Of a DNA stretch of 64,000 nucleotides, positions 1 to 13,516 are shown piece by piece; within the stretch, counting starts at the first letter, position 1, and every line of letters begins with the position of its first letter. Made by a program: the position numbers and the translations under genes. The notes under the pieces are model-generated. The model saw only the letters and a program-made list of their open reading frames with translations. It did no database searches and was not told the origin of the DNA. The DNA comes from Paraspadella gotoi (taxonomy: Eukaryota > Animalia > Chaetognatha). Location: assembly GCA_051294375.1 (NCBI GenBank), contig CM119271.1, positions 11,296,341 to 11,360,340 on the forward strand. Reading direction: 5' to 3'.

Positions 1-2095
1 GCTATGATTTACAGATTTACATTCAAAACTCGCGTAACAAACGTACAAAACTTTGGAAAAAAATACAAAATAAAAAATCTAATATATTTATTCATTAAAA
101 AAAAATTGTCCATATAGTTATGAACAAAGATATATTTCTCATTAGCGACAATAGATTCCGAGACGATCCATAAAGGAAGTGGACGATTTAAAAAACAAAA
201 CATAAAAAAATATATAAAGGAAAAACGAATTAGGCAAACGCGTAAAAACAAAACAACATATGACAAAATCATTGCGCATACACCGAGACTTGAGAAGAAT
301 ACGACAGAAGTCTCGTTATTTTCGTTTTTTTGTTTTCATTGTTAAAAAAAAACAAACAAATTAATTAAATTAAAAACAAAAATAAATGCGGAGAAAACGA
401 CATTAAAAAAAGAAAAGCACCCGATTATGATTCTAATAACGACACCGTTGTTTTTTCTTTTCTTTAACTTTCTTCAGGCGAAACGAAAAAAAAACTTTTG
501 TATTTTGTTTTATATAAAACGAAATATTTGCTAATTTTGTCAAAAAAAAACCGGTTTTTTGTTTTTCGCGTTCTGTTTTTTTAAATTTCTTTTCTTTCTC
601 TGAGAGAGCGAGCAGGTTTACGAAAACAGCTGAAATTACGTTTTACTGAATTTACTGTTTTACTCTTACATTCCCCCAAAAATTGTTGGGTTGAGGAGTG
701 GCGTACCAAGGATTAAACGGTGCCGGTACGTTATAAAGGCAAAGAATCATTATTTTTTTTTTTTTGAAAGGATTCAATTTTGTAATTGAAAGATGAGGTT
801 TGGGTCATCAATTGTTTGAAGGGCGCCGGGGAGCAGCGCCAGCGGAGAGCGGAATGCGGCTGATGTCTAGTCGTTGCTGCTACTGGCTGCTGCTGATGCA
901 GCGTGTAATTTGTGATGTAGATGTTGTCGCCTCCAGAAATTTGATTTTGACGTCGTCCAAATTGTCTTCGTTTCAAGTCCGTGTTAAAATCGGAGAGACC
1001 CGACCACCTCGTAGAATTGTGGAGATCGAAAGACGACGCCCGATCTTGCACCTGACGGCGAATCTTGCAAATAAAAACAAAATGACATTCGACGATTTAA
1101 TTTAAGAAAAAAGACATCGCATCGAATACAAAGTTCTAAGGACACCGCATTCCGCGCCTGCCTTGAGTTTTGACACCGCATCAATTTAGTCTGATAAGTT
1201 AATAATAAACATTATTAAACTATGTAAACTTTTCTTCTCTTGTTTTTAAATGACACCGCCTTCCGCTGATTGAACACGCAGTTTTTGACACCGCGATATC
1301 CTACTCCCACGTTTATATTACGAGTTCTTATTAAGCTTAAAAATAATATGAACTCATTTATGGTCTAGGGAAATAGTTACTTCAGATAATGTCCCAAAAT
1401 TATAAAAACGTAGTATCTTCCAATGTTTTCCTCGATTCAAAACGACAGCTCGATATTGAAACAAACGAAAAACAAAAATCAATAAAAGAAAACAAAAGTA
1501 AAAACGGAAAGACTCGAGAAAAAGCCAGAAAAATGAAAGATGGCGGAAACGAAAAAGCCAGATAATAAAAAAAAAAAGAAATCAAGAGATGAAATTCGAT
1601 TTTTAGAAACGAAAACGAATCGAAAGAAGACGACAATTTTGGATGCGTCGCGCCATTTTGATTTTTGTAAGTGATAAAAATTATATATATATTATTTCGT
1701 AAAAAAATGCATAAAAACTATTAAATGAAACTTCACCTAACCAGCCTGAATATTAAACCGAAATGACAGCCAGCATTGCACGACTTATTAAGGATATGGA
1801 AACAGCGTATGTTTATTTAAAAAAACCTTTTTTGAAATTGTGACAACCAATATATTATATTTTACGTTACTAATCAACGATATAGATCGTTTTTAAAATA
1901 TTAAATATATAATATAATAAATATATATTTATATATTTATTAAACAAACTAAGGTTACCTTATAATAAAAACATTTATCATATAAACCTATAAACAGGAA
2001 AGTGAGGGACTAACCAAACTGACGACCAAAAAGTTATTTATTTAAAAATGCTCGCGAACCGAAACTTAAAAAATAAAAATTAAAACGAAAGAAAA
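1..2095 (+). repeat. Left arm of a large inverted duplication (mirror at ~10815-12858)
   Basis: Window start GCTATGATTTACAGATTTAC is the reverse complement of ...AATCCTGTAAATCATAGC at ~12841-12858. Colinear reverse-complement matches continue to ~2095/10815, differing mainly by small indels. Confidence 0.95.
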
Positions 2096-2204
2096 AAAGA
2101 AGAAAAGAATTGAAATAAAATTTCGAGTCGAACGTTATTCGAGAATCAACCGGGGGGATTCGAATTTAGCCCCGAGTCGGAGGGAAGATATGGGAGCGGA
2201 GGAA

Positions 2205-5190
2205 TCGGGGGGGGCGGGGTGTTAGGCTGAGCGGGGGGGTTTGGAAAGGGGTTGTTTGAAAGTGCAGCCGGGCGTGTGGATAGTATCTCCTGGGGTGGAA
2301 TGAGAACACAGAATGTTCATGAAGGAGAGGAAGACAAAAGAGAGAGACGAGAGAGAGAGAGAGTGAGAGGCGGGGGAGAGAGAGAGAAGAGAAAGAGAGG
2401 CAGGGCGAGGGGAGAGACGAGAGAGGAGGGGGAGGAGAGAGAGAGAGAGGGGGAGGGAAGAAGAGAGAGAGGGGGAGAAGAAGAGAGAGAGAGAGAGGGG
2501 GGGGATGGAAGAGAGATGAGAGAGAGAGAAAAGAGAGAGAGAAAGAGAGAGGGAGAGGAGAAAGAGAGAGAGGGTGAGGGAGAAGAAAGAGAAGAGGTGG
2601 GGAGAGAGAGAGAGAGAGAGAGAGGAAAGAGAAAATTGTCACGCGTTTCGAGTCGCATGGGAAAGTCATGAAAGGGAGGAGAGAGAGGAGAGAGAGGGAG
2701 AGAAAAGAGAGAGAGACGAGAGAGAAGAGAGAGATGAGAGACGACTGAGAGAGGAGAGAAAGAGAAGAGAGAAAGAGAAGGAGAGAGAGAGAGAGGACAA
2801 TCGCAATTGGCCTTTTTTTTTCCCCGGCATTTTTTTTTCTTGCCATTCTCTCTCCCGACGGAAATTAACGTCACCTTACGATAGAATTGGATAACCGAAA
2901 AATAAGTTATGGAAGAACAACTTAAAACAGAATTAAATGAAACGGGGAGGGAGAGGGAAAAGAAGAAAGAGGGAAGAAATGAGCAACGGAGAGAAGGAAG
3001 AAAGGAGGAGAGAAAATAGAGAAGAAAAAGGAGAAAAGGAAAGAAGGAAGAAAGGAGGAAAGAATATAGAGAAGAAAAAGGAGGAATAGAAAGACAGGAA
3101 GAAAGGAGGAAAGGAAAATGAGACGAAAAAGGAGGAATAGACAAGAAGGAAGAAAAGAGGAAAGAAAGAGGAAAAAAATAGAGAAGTAAAAGGAGGAAAG
3201 GAAAAAAGGAAGAAAGTAGGTCAGAAAGGAGGAAAGAAGATAGCAGAAGAAAGGAGGAAAGGAAGTAAGAGGAGAAAAGATGGAGAGAAAATAGAGAAAA
3301 AAGGAGGATAGGAAAGGAGGAGAAAGACAGACAAAAATACTAAAACGAAAAAACACCAAAAAAATAGAAAAAAAAAAAGAGAATTTTAAAAAATTTTGGA
3401 ATAAACAGATGAAAAATAGAATGAAAAACGAAAAAATACCTTATTAATTTAAAAAATATTCAAGTGGAAGGAAAAAGTAATAGGAAAAAAAAAACAGATA
3501 GTTAGGACTTAATTGTGAACCAAAATGAGGTTGACAAGACGAAAAATATGAGAGACAGACGAGAGACGAAAGAGAGAGAGAGACAGGAGAGAGAGAGCAG
3601 AGAGAGANNNNNNNNNNNNNNNNNNNNNNNNNCTCTCTCTCTCTCGTCTTGTCTCTCAATATTTTCGTCATTGTCACCTCACTTTTGTTCACATTAAGTC
3701 CTACTATCTGTTTTTTTTTCCTATTTACTTTTCCTTCCACTTGAATATTTTTTTAAATTAATAAGGTATTTTTCGTTTTCATTCTATTTTTCATCTGTTT
3801 TTCAAATTTTTTAAAAATTCTCTTTTTTTTCTTTTTTTTGGTGTTTTTCGTTTTGTATTTTTGTCTGTCTTTCTTCCTCCTTTCCTATCCTCCTTTTTCT
3901 TCTCTATTTTCTCTCCTCTTTTTCTCCTCTTCTTTCCTTTCCTCCTTTCTTTTCTCTATCTTCTTTCCTCCTTTCTGACCTACTTTCTTCCTTTTTTCCT
4001 TTCCTCCTTTTACTTCTCTATTTTTTTTCCTCTTTCTTTCCTCTTTTCTTCCTTCTTTCTATTCCTCCTTTTTCGTCTCTATTTTCTTTCCTCCTTTCTT
4101 CCGTCTTTCTATTCCTCCTTTTTCTTCTCTATTTTCTTTCCTCCTTTCTTCCTTCTTTCCTTTTCTCCTTTTTCTTCTCTATTTTCTCTCCTCCTTTCTT
4201 CCTTCTCTCCGTTCCTCCTTTCTTCCCTCTTTCTTCTTTTCCCTCTCCCTCCCCGTTTCATTTAATCCTGTTTACGTTTGTTCTTCCATAATCTTATTTT
4301 CCGGTTATCAATTCTATCGTAGGTGACGTTAATTTCCGTCGGGAGAGAGAATGGCAAGAAAAAAAATGCGGGGAAAAAAAAAANNNNNNNNNNNNNNNNN
4401 NNNNNNNNGGCACAATTGGTGCGATTTGTCCTCGCTTTTCCTCCTCTCCTCTCTCCTCTCTATTCTCACAAAGTCTCGAACCGAGGGCGCCCTTCTTCTT
4501 AGTTGGTCCAGCCGGTGCGCTTCTCCTTATCTCCTCCGCCCCTTTCCCACTAAGACTTCCAGGCGATGGGAGCTGATCCTGACGAATGCGAGCACCCACA
4601 TTTTTCTTTCCTCTCTCATCATCATCATCTCTTCCATCCCCCTATCCTATCACTTCTCTCTCTCTCGTCTCTCCCTTCATCTCTGACGACAAATCTCTCA
4701 TTTTTCGGTCTCTCCCTGCGTGCGATTCCCCCTTGGGGATTCTTTCACGGCCGTCTTCTCTCTCTCGGCCGTCATCCTCCCCCACGTTACTTTCTTTATA
4801 GTCTCTCTCTCTCTCATCCACGAGTCTCCCCGCGGCATTCACCTCTTCGGTCCTCTCTCATCTAACCATCTCTCTTCTCATCTCTCTCTCATCTCTCTCT
4901 CCCTCTCTCTTTCTCCTACCCTTTCATTGGACTTTCCCATGCAACTCGAACCGTTGGACCAACATTTTTTTCTTTCCTCTCATCTCTCTCTCTTCATCCC
5001 CCTACTCTCTCTTTCTCACCTCACCCCCCTCTCTCTCTCTCTCTCTTATCCTCTCTCTCTCTCAATTTTGTCTCTCTCCTTCATGAACATTCTGTGTTCT
5101 CTCTACCCCAGCAATGATACTTCCACACCCGGGCTTGCCACTTCACAACCCTCCAACCCCCCTCAAGCCTAAAACCCCCGCCCCCCCCAC
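2205..5190. repeat. Fold-back: (AG)n/purine-rich tract 2205-3607 and its reverse complement 3633-5190, centred on a 25-N gap
   Basis: 3520-3607 mirrors 3633-3720 across the N run. GAGAACACAGAATGTTCATGAAGG (~2302) mirrors ~5077-5100. Both arms are mostly AG/CT microsatellite. Confidence 0.9.
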
Positions 5191-8100
5191 CACACGGCCT
5201 GAATTTTTTGTTCAAAAAGACCCCAGGTTAACCAGCCCTGCCTCCTTCCTCCGTTCCAGCCTATCTCCTAACAAACACTGCCTGATTTTTCCAAAAGACC
5301 TCCAGGTTAACGCCCTGCTCCTTCCTCCGTCGCCCGCCTATCTCATACACACTGCCATGATTTTTCAATAAAGACCCTCCAGGTTAACGCCCTGCTCCTT
5401 CCTCCGTCCGCCTACCTCCTAACACACTGCCCTGATTTTTAAAAAGACCTCCAGGTTAACGCCCTGCTCCTTCCCCGTCCGCCTATCTCCTACACACATG
5501 CCTGATTTTTCAAAAAAGACCTCCAGGTTTAACGCCCTGCTCCTTCCTCCGTCCGCCACTACTCTCCTAACACACTGCCTGATTTTTCAAAAGACCGTCC
5601 AGGTTTAACGCCCTGCTCCTATCCCGTCCGCCTAATCTCACTACACCTGCCTGATTTTCAAAAAAGACCTCCAAGGTTAACGCCCTGCTCTTCTCCGTCC
5701 GCTATCTCCTAACACACTGCCTGATTTTTCAAAAGCCTCAGGTAACGCCCTGCTCTTCCTCCGTCCGCCTATCTACCCTACACAACATGCCTGATTTTTT
5801 CAAAAAGACCTCACAGGTTAACGCCCTGCTCCTTCCTCCGTCCGCACTATCTCCTACACACTGCCATGAATTTTTCAAAAAAGACCTCCCAAGGTTTAAC
5901 GCGCGCCATGCTCCTTCCTACCGTCCGCACTATCATCTACAACACTGCCTGATTTTTTAAAAAAGACCTCCAAGGTTAACAGCCCTGCCTCTTCTCCGTA
6001 CCCGCCTATCTCCTACACACTGCCCTGACTTTTTCAAAAAAGACCTCGCCAGGTTAACGCCCTGATCCTTCCTCCGTACGCGCCTAATCTCCTAACACAA
6101 CGCCCTGATTTTTCAAAAGACCTCCAGGTTAAGCCCTGCTCTTCACTCCCGTCGCCTATACTCCTACAACACTGCTGATTTTTCAAAAAGACTCCAGGTA
6201 TAAACGCCTGCTCCTTTCAATACGTCCGCCTATCTCATACACACTGCCCTGATTTTTCAAAAAGACCTCCAGTTAACGCCCTGCTGCCTTCCTTCGTCCG
6301 CCTATCTCCTCAACACTGCTGATTTTTTCAAAAAAGACCTCCAGGTTAACGCCTACTGCTACCTTCCTCCGTCCCGCCTATCCTCCATACAGAACACTGC
6401 CATGATTTTTCAAAAAGACCTCCAGGTTAACGCCCTGCTCCTTCCTCCGTCGCCTATCTCCTACACACTGGCCTCGATTTTTCAAAAGACTCAGGTTTAA
6501 CGCCACTGCTCCTTCGCTCCGTCCGCCTATGCTCCTAACACACTGCTGATTTTCAAAAAGACCATCCAGGTAACGCCCTGCTCCTTCCTCCCGTCCGCAC
6601 TATCTCTACAACACTGCCTGAATTTTCAAAAAGACCTCCAGGTTAACGCCCTGCTACGCTTCCTACCGTCCGCCATATACTCCCTACAACACTGCCATGA
6701 TTTTTCAAAAGACCTCCAGGTTAACAGCCCTGCTCTTCCTTCCTATCCAGTCCCGCCTATCCCTACAACACTGCCTGATTTTTCAAAAAGACTCCCAGGT
6801 TAACGCCCCTGCTCCTTCCTCCGTCCGCCTATCTCCTACACACTGCTGATTTTTCAAAAGAAACCTCCAGGTTAACGCCCATGCTCCTCCTACCGTCCGC
6901 CTATCTCCTCACACGTGCCTGTTTTTTCAAAAAGACCATCCAGGTTAACGCCTGCTTCCTCCTCCGTCCGCCTATCCCTACACACTGCCTGATTTTTCAA
7001 ACGACCTCACAGGTTTAACCGCCCTGCTTCCTTTGCCTCCGTCCCCTATCTCCTACACACAAGAAACACTGCCTGATTTATCAAAGCGACCTCCAGGTTA
7101 ACGCCCTGCTCCTTCCTCCGTCCGCCATATCTCCTACACACTGCCTTGATTTTTCCAAAGACCTCCAGGTTAAACGCACTGACTCCTTCCTCCGTCCGCA
7201 GCTATCTCCTACACACTGCCTGATTTTTCAAAAAAGACCATCAGGTTAACGCCCTGCTCCTTCCTACCGTCCGCCTATCTCATACACACTGCTGATTTTT
7301 CAAAAAAGACCCTCACAGGTTAACGCCCTGCTCCATTCCTCCGTCCGCCTTATCTCCTACACAACATGCCTGATTTTCAAAAAGAACCTCCAAGGTTAAA
7401 ACGCCCTGCTTCCTCCATCACGTCCCGCACTATCTCCTACACACTGCCGTGAATTTTTTAAAAAAGACCTCCAGGTTAACGCCACTGCTCCTTCCTCCGT
7501 CCGCCTATCTCCTACACACTGCCTGATTTTTCAAAAAGACCCTCCAGGTTAACGCCTGCTCCTCCTCCGTCCGCCTTCTCCCTACACACTAGCCATGATT
7601 TTCAAAAGACCTCCAGGTTAACCGCCCTGCTCCTTCCTCCGTACCGCTCTATACTGCCTACACACTGGCCTGATTTTTCAAAAAGACCTCCTCAGGTTAA
7701 ACGCCCTGCTCCTTCCCTGCCGTCCGCCTATCTACCTACACACTGCTGAATTTTCAAAAAGACCTCCAGTAGTTAACAGCCCTGCTCTTCCTCACGTACC
7801 GCCTATCCCTACAACACTGCCTGATTTTTCAAACAGAACCATCCAGGTTAACGCCGCTGCTACCTTCCTACCGTCCGCCTATCCCTACACACTGCCTGAT
7901 TTTTCAAAAAAGACTCCAGGTTAACGCAACTGCTCGCTTCTCCGTCCACCTATCTCCTACACACTGCCTGATTTTCAAAAGACTCCAGGTTAAACGCCTG
8001 CTCCTTCCTCCGTCCGCCTATCTCCTACACACTGCTGAATTTTTCAAAAAAGACCTCCAGGTTAACGCCCTGCTCCTTCCCTCCGTCCGCCTATCTCCTA

Positions 8101-10815
8101 CACAACTGCCTGATTTTCAAAAGACCTCCAGGGTAAGCCCTCTGCCTTGCCTCCGTCCCGCCTATCTCCTACACACTGCCTGATTTTTCAAAAGAACCTC
8201 CAGGTTAACTCGCCCTGAGCTCCTCCTCCGTCCGCCTATCTCCTACACACGCCATGATTTTTCAAAAAAGACCTCCAGGTTAAACGCCTGCTCTCTTCCA
8301 TGCCGTCCCGCCTATCTCCTACCACACTGCCTGATTTTTTTCAAAAAAGACCTCCAGGTTATAACGCCCTGCTTCCTTTCCTCCGGTACCGCGACTATAC
8401 TCCTACATACACTGCCTGATATTTTCAAAAAAAGACCATGCCGGTTAACAGCCTGCTCCTTCCTCCGCTTCCGCCTATCTCCTACACACTGCCTGATTTT
8501 CAAAAAGACCTCTCAGGTTTAAACGCCCTGCTCTTCCTTCCCGTACCGCACTATCTCCTACACATGCCTGATTTTTCAAAAAGACCCTCCAGGTTAACGA
8601 CCTGCTCTTCCTCCGTCACGCCTATCTCCTACACACTGCCTGATATTTTCAAAAAAGAACTCCAGGTTAAACGCCCTGCTCCCTTCCTCCGTCCCGCCTA
8701 TCTCCTACACACCTGTGATTTTTTCAAAAAAGACCTCCAGGTTAACGCCCTGCTCCTTCCTCCATCCGCGCTATCTCCTACACACTGGCCTGAAATTTTT
8801 CAAAAAAAAGACCCTCCAGGTTAACGCCCTGCTCCTTCCCTACCGTCCCGCCTAATCTCCTACAACACTGCCTGATTTTTTCAAAAAGACCTCCAGGTTT
8901 AACGCCCTGCCTCCTTCCCTGCGTCCGCCTACTCATACACACTGCCTGATTTTTCAAATAAGACCTCCAGGATTAGCGCCACTGCTCCTATCCTCCGTCC
9001 GCAATATCTCGACCTACAGACACTAGCCTGATTTATTCAAAAAGACCTCCAGGTTAAACGCCCTGCTCCCTTCCTTACCGAATCCGCCTATCTCCCTACA
9101 CACTGCCTGATTTTTCAAAAGACCTCCAGGTTAACGGCCCTGCTCCTTCCTCCGTCCGCCTAATCTCCATACACACTGACCTGAATTTTTCAAAAAGACC
9201 TCACAGGTTAAACGCCCTGCTCCTTCCCTCCGTCCGCATATCTCCTACACACTGGCCTGATTTTTCAAAAAGACCTCCAGGTTAACAGCCACTGAACTCC
9301 TTCCTCCGTCCGCCTAACTCCTACACACTGGCCTGATTTTTCAAAAAAAGACCTCCAGGTTAACGCCTGCTCCTTCACTCCGTTCGATCATATCTCACCT
9401 AACACCACGCCCATGATTTTTCAAAAAGACCCAGGTTAACGCCCGCTCCTCCTCCCGTTCCGCCTATCTCCTACACACTGCCTGGATTTTATCAAAAAGA
9501 CCTCCAGGTTAACGCCTGCTCCTTCCTCCGTCCGCACTATCTCCTACACACTGCCTTATATATTCAAAAAGACCTCCAGGGTTAACCGTCCCTGCTCCTT
9601 CTCCGTCCGCCTATCTCCTACACTAGCCTATTTTTCAAAAAAGACCTCCAGGTTAACGCAACCTGCTCCTTACCCTCCGTCCGCCTATCTCCTACACACT
9701 GCCTGATTTTTTTCAAAAAGAACTCTCCAGGTTAACGCCCTGCTCCTTCACTCCGTCCGCGCTATCTCCTACACACATACTGCCTGATTTTTCAAAAAGA
9801 CCTCCAGGTTAACCACCGCCGCTGCTCCTTCCTCCGTCCGCCTATCTCCATACACAAGACTGGCCTGAATTTTTCAAAAAAGACCTTCCTCCAGGTTACA
9901 CGCCTGCCTGCCTTCCTCTCCGCCTAATCTCCTACACACTGACCTGATTTTTCAAAATAGACCAATCCCAGTTAACGCCCTGAGCTACCTTCACTCCGTC
10001 CCGCCTATCTCACTACACACTGCCTGATTTTCAAAAAGACCTCCAGGTAATCGCCCTGCCTCCTTCTCGTACGCCTATCTCCACACACTGCCTGATTTTT
10101 CAGAAAGACGCTCCAGGTTAACGCCCTGCTCCTACTTCCTCCGTCCGCACTATCCCTACAACACTGGCCCTGATTTTTCAAAAAGACCTCGCAGGTTAAC
10201 GCCCTCTCCTATCTCGTGCCGACTATCTTCCATACACACTGCCTGATTTTTTCAAAAAAGAACCCCAGGTTAACGCCCTGCTGCCTTCCTCCCGTTCCGC
10301 CTATCTCCTACACACTGCCTGATTTTCAAAAAGACCTCCAGGTTTAACGCCGTGCTCCTTCCTCCGTTCCCCCGCCTATCTCCTAACACAACTGCCCTGA
10401 TTTTTCAAAAAGGACCATCCAGGTTAACCACCCACACGCCCTGCTACCTTCCATCCGTACGCCCTAATCTCCTAACAAGCACTGCCTGATTTTTTCAAAA
10501 AAGACCTCACAGGTTAACGCCCTGCTCCTTCCTCCGTCGCCTTCTCCTACACACTGCCTGATTTTCAAAAAGACTCCAGGTTACGCCCTGCTCTTCCTCC
10601 TCCGCCCTAATCTCCTACACAGACTGCCCTGATTTTCAAAAAGACTCCAGGTTAACGCCCTGCCTCCATTTCCTACGTCACTATCTCCTACATACACTCG
10701 GCCTGATTTTTCAAAAAAGACCTCCAGGTTAACCGCTCTCCTTCACTCCGTCCGCGCTATCTCCCTACATAACACTGCCTCTGATTTTTTCAAAAAAAGA
10801 ACCGATCCAGGTTAA
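5190..10815 (+). repeat. Tandem array of a 71-bp unit, ~77 copies (consensus CTGCCTGATTTTTCAAAAAGACCTCCAGGTTAACGCCCTGCTCCTTCCTCCGTCCGCCTATCTCCTACACA)
   Basis: Units are head-to-tail with no spacers. Unit-to-unit differences look like scattered indels. The unit is ~52% GC and strongly C-skewed, against very AT-rich flanks. Confidence 0.97.
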
Positions 10816-12858
10816 TTTTTTTTTTCGTTTTATTTTTTATTTTTAGTTTCGTCGCGAGCATTTTAATAAATAACTTTTTGGTCGGTCAGTTGGTTAGTCT
10901 CACTTTCCTGTTTATAGGTTTATATGATAAATGTTTATTAGTAAGGTAACCTTAAGTTTGTTTTAATAAATATATAAATATATAATTTATTATATTTATT
11001 ATTTTTATATTTTAAACGATCTATATCGTGATTAGTAACGTAAAATATAATATATTGGTTGTACCAATTTCATAAAAAGGTTTTTTTATACATACGCTGT
11101 TCCATATCCTTAAAATAAGTCGTGCAATGCTGCTTCATTTCGGTTAATATTCAGCTGTTAGGTGAAGTTTCATTTAATAGTTTTTATGCATTTTTTTACG
11201 AATAATATATATATAATCTTTTTATCACTTACAAAATCAAAATGGCGCGACGCATTCAAAATTGTCGTCTTCTTTCGATTCGTTTTCGTTTCTAAAAATA
11301 GAATTTCATCTCCTTGATTCTTTTTTTTTTTATTTCTCTTTTCGTTCCGCCATCTTTCATTTTTCTGGCTTTTTCTTCGAGTCTTTCCGTTTTTACTTTT
11401 TGTTTTCTTTTATTGATTTTTGTTTTCGTTTGTTTCAATATCGAGCTGTCGTTTTGAATCGAGGAAAACAATTGGAGATACTACGTTTTATAATTTTGGA
11501 CATTATTCTGAAGTAAACTATTTCCTAGACCATAAAATGAGTTCATATTATTTTAAGCTTAATAAGAACTCGTAATATAAACGTGGGAGTAGGATATCGC
11601 GGTGTCAAAACTGCGTGTTCAATCACGGAAGCGGTGTCATTTAAAACAAGAAGAAAAGTTTACATAGTTTTACAATGTTTATTATTACTTATCAAGAACT
11701 AAATTGATGCGGTGTCAAAAGGCAGGAGGCGAATGCGGTGTCCTTAAGACTTTGTATTCGATGCGATGTCTTTTTTCTTAAATTAAATCGTCGAATGTTA
11801 TTTTGTTTTTATTTGCAGATTCGCCGTTAGTCGGGCGTCGTCTTCGATCTCCACAATCTACGAGGTGGTAGGGTCTCTCCGATTTTAAAACACGGACTTT
11901 GAAACGAAGACAATTTTGACGACGTCAAAATCAATTTCTGGAGGCGTACAACATCTACATCAACAAATACCGCTGCAGAAGCAGCAGCAGTAGCAGCAAC
12001 GACTAGACATCAGCCGCATTCGCTCTCCGCTGGCGCTGCTCCCCCGCCCCTTCAAAACAATTGATGACCCAAACCTCAAGTCTTTCAAATTACAAAATTG
12101 ATCCTTTCAAAAAAAAAAAAAATAATGATTCTTTGCCTTTTATACCGTACGCACCGTTTAATCCTGGACCCACTCCTCAACCCCAACAATTTCGGGGGGG
12201 GAATGTAAGAGTAAATACAGTAAATTCAGTAAAACGGTAATTCAGCTGTTTTCGTAAACCTGCTGCTCTCTCAGAGAAAGAAAGAAATTTAAAATAACAG
12301 ACCGAAAAAAAAAAACCGGTTTTTATTTTGACAAAATTACAAATATTTCGTTTTATATAAAACAAAATACAAAAGTTTTTTTTTCGTTTCGCCGAGAAAG
12401 TTAAAGAAAAGAAAAACAACGGTGTCGTTATTGAAATCATAATCGGGTGCTTATTCGTTTTTTAATGTCGTTTTCTCGCATTTTTGTTTTTAATTTTAAT
12501 TAATTGTTTGTTTTTTTTAAACAATGAAAACAAAAAAAACCGAAAATAACGAGACTTCTGGTCGTATTCTTCTCAAGTCTCTGTTATGCGCATGATTTTG
12601 TCATATGTTGTTTTGTTTTTACGCGTTGCATATTCGTTTTTCTTTATATATTTTTTTATGTTTTGTTTTTTTAAATGTCCACTTCCCTTATGATCGTCTC
12701 GGAATCTTTGTCGCTAATGAGAAAATATATCTTTGTTCATAACTATATGGACAATTTTTTTTTAATGAAATAAATAATTAGAATTTTTTATTTTTATTTT
12801 TTTCCAAAGTTTGTTACGTTTGTTACGAGTTTGAATGTTAAATCCTGTAAATCATAGC
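10815..12858 (-). repeat. Right arm of the inverted duplication of 1-2095
   Basis: Continuous reverse-complement identity to 1-2095. Confidence 0.95.
11819..12065 (+). other. Possible terminal exon of an unknown gene (mirror copy at ~800-1066 on the minus strand)
   Basis: Pyrimidine tract plus TTTGCAG acceptor at 11811-11818, followed by a GC-richer island with a CAG repeat. The frame cannot be fixed because the two copies differ by indels, and no domain is recognisable. Confidence 0.25.
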
Positions 12859-13372
12859 GCTTTAAAAAAAAATTAAAAACTAAGAGAGAATATAACTAAT
12901 CCTTTGTACAGTTTGTAGAATCAAAACAATATTGTTTTTATTTCCTACGCATTGTACGTGACAAATTACAGGCAGGATGAAAGAAAAGATCGAAAGATAG
13001 TATGAAATTGGTACAACAAATATAAAAATTATTCATTCATTTAATAAATAAGCTATCTTGCCCCTGACTTTGGACGGGCTTTGGTGGTTTAAGACCTCCA
13101 TCACTGTTATGTATGTTAGATGTATTATTTTCCTTCAAAAGAAAGTTAAAAGATAACAATTGATTTTTTTTAAAAATTTTAATAACACATTCGGATTTGT
13201 CAGAAAAAAAATTAAAAACTTTTATAAAATATGCTATATGATATTTTAATGTTAAAGCTGCGAAAAAAGACTAAAACGGTTTATCATATAATAGTTACTA
13301 CTTCAGAGAGTTAAAAAGTTGAGAATTTTTACCTTTTTTTCCAATTTTGACACTGAAGACGAAAAAATTTAT

Positions 13373-13516
13373 GATAACATGTTTTATATCTTTTGTCTAA
13401 CTTTATATGAGAAATCTGAATCTTTAATAAAAATTTTTAAAAAATTATTTGAAAATTTTTATTAAAGATTCAGATTTCTCATATAAAGTTAGACAAAAAA
13501 TAGAAAACATGTTATC
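13373..13516. repeat. Near-perfect AT-rich palindrome (~65-bp arms, short spacer)
   Basis: GATAACATGTTTT...TTTTGTCTAACTTTATATGAGAAATCTGAATCTTTAATAAAAATTTT pairs with AAAATTTTTATTAAAGATTCAGATTTCTCATATAAAGTTAGACAAAA...AAAACATGTTATC. Confidence 0.9.

Noticed and set aside
2166-5172. Long ORFs (226, 275, 150 aa and others)
   Set aside because: Translations of AG/CT microsatellite (ER/SL runs) with no domain content.
5190-10815. CRISPR array or repeat-protein CDS
   Set aside because: Units are contiguous with no unique spacers and no cas genes. 71 is not a multiple of 3, and only short chance ORFs occur.
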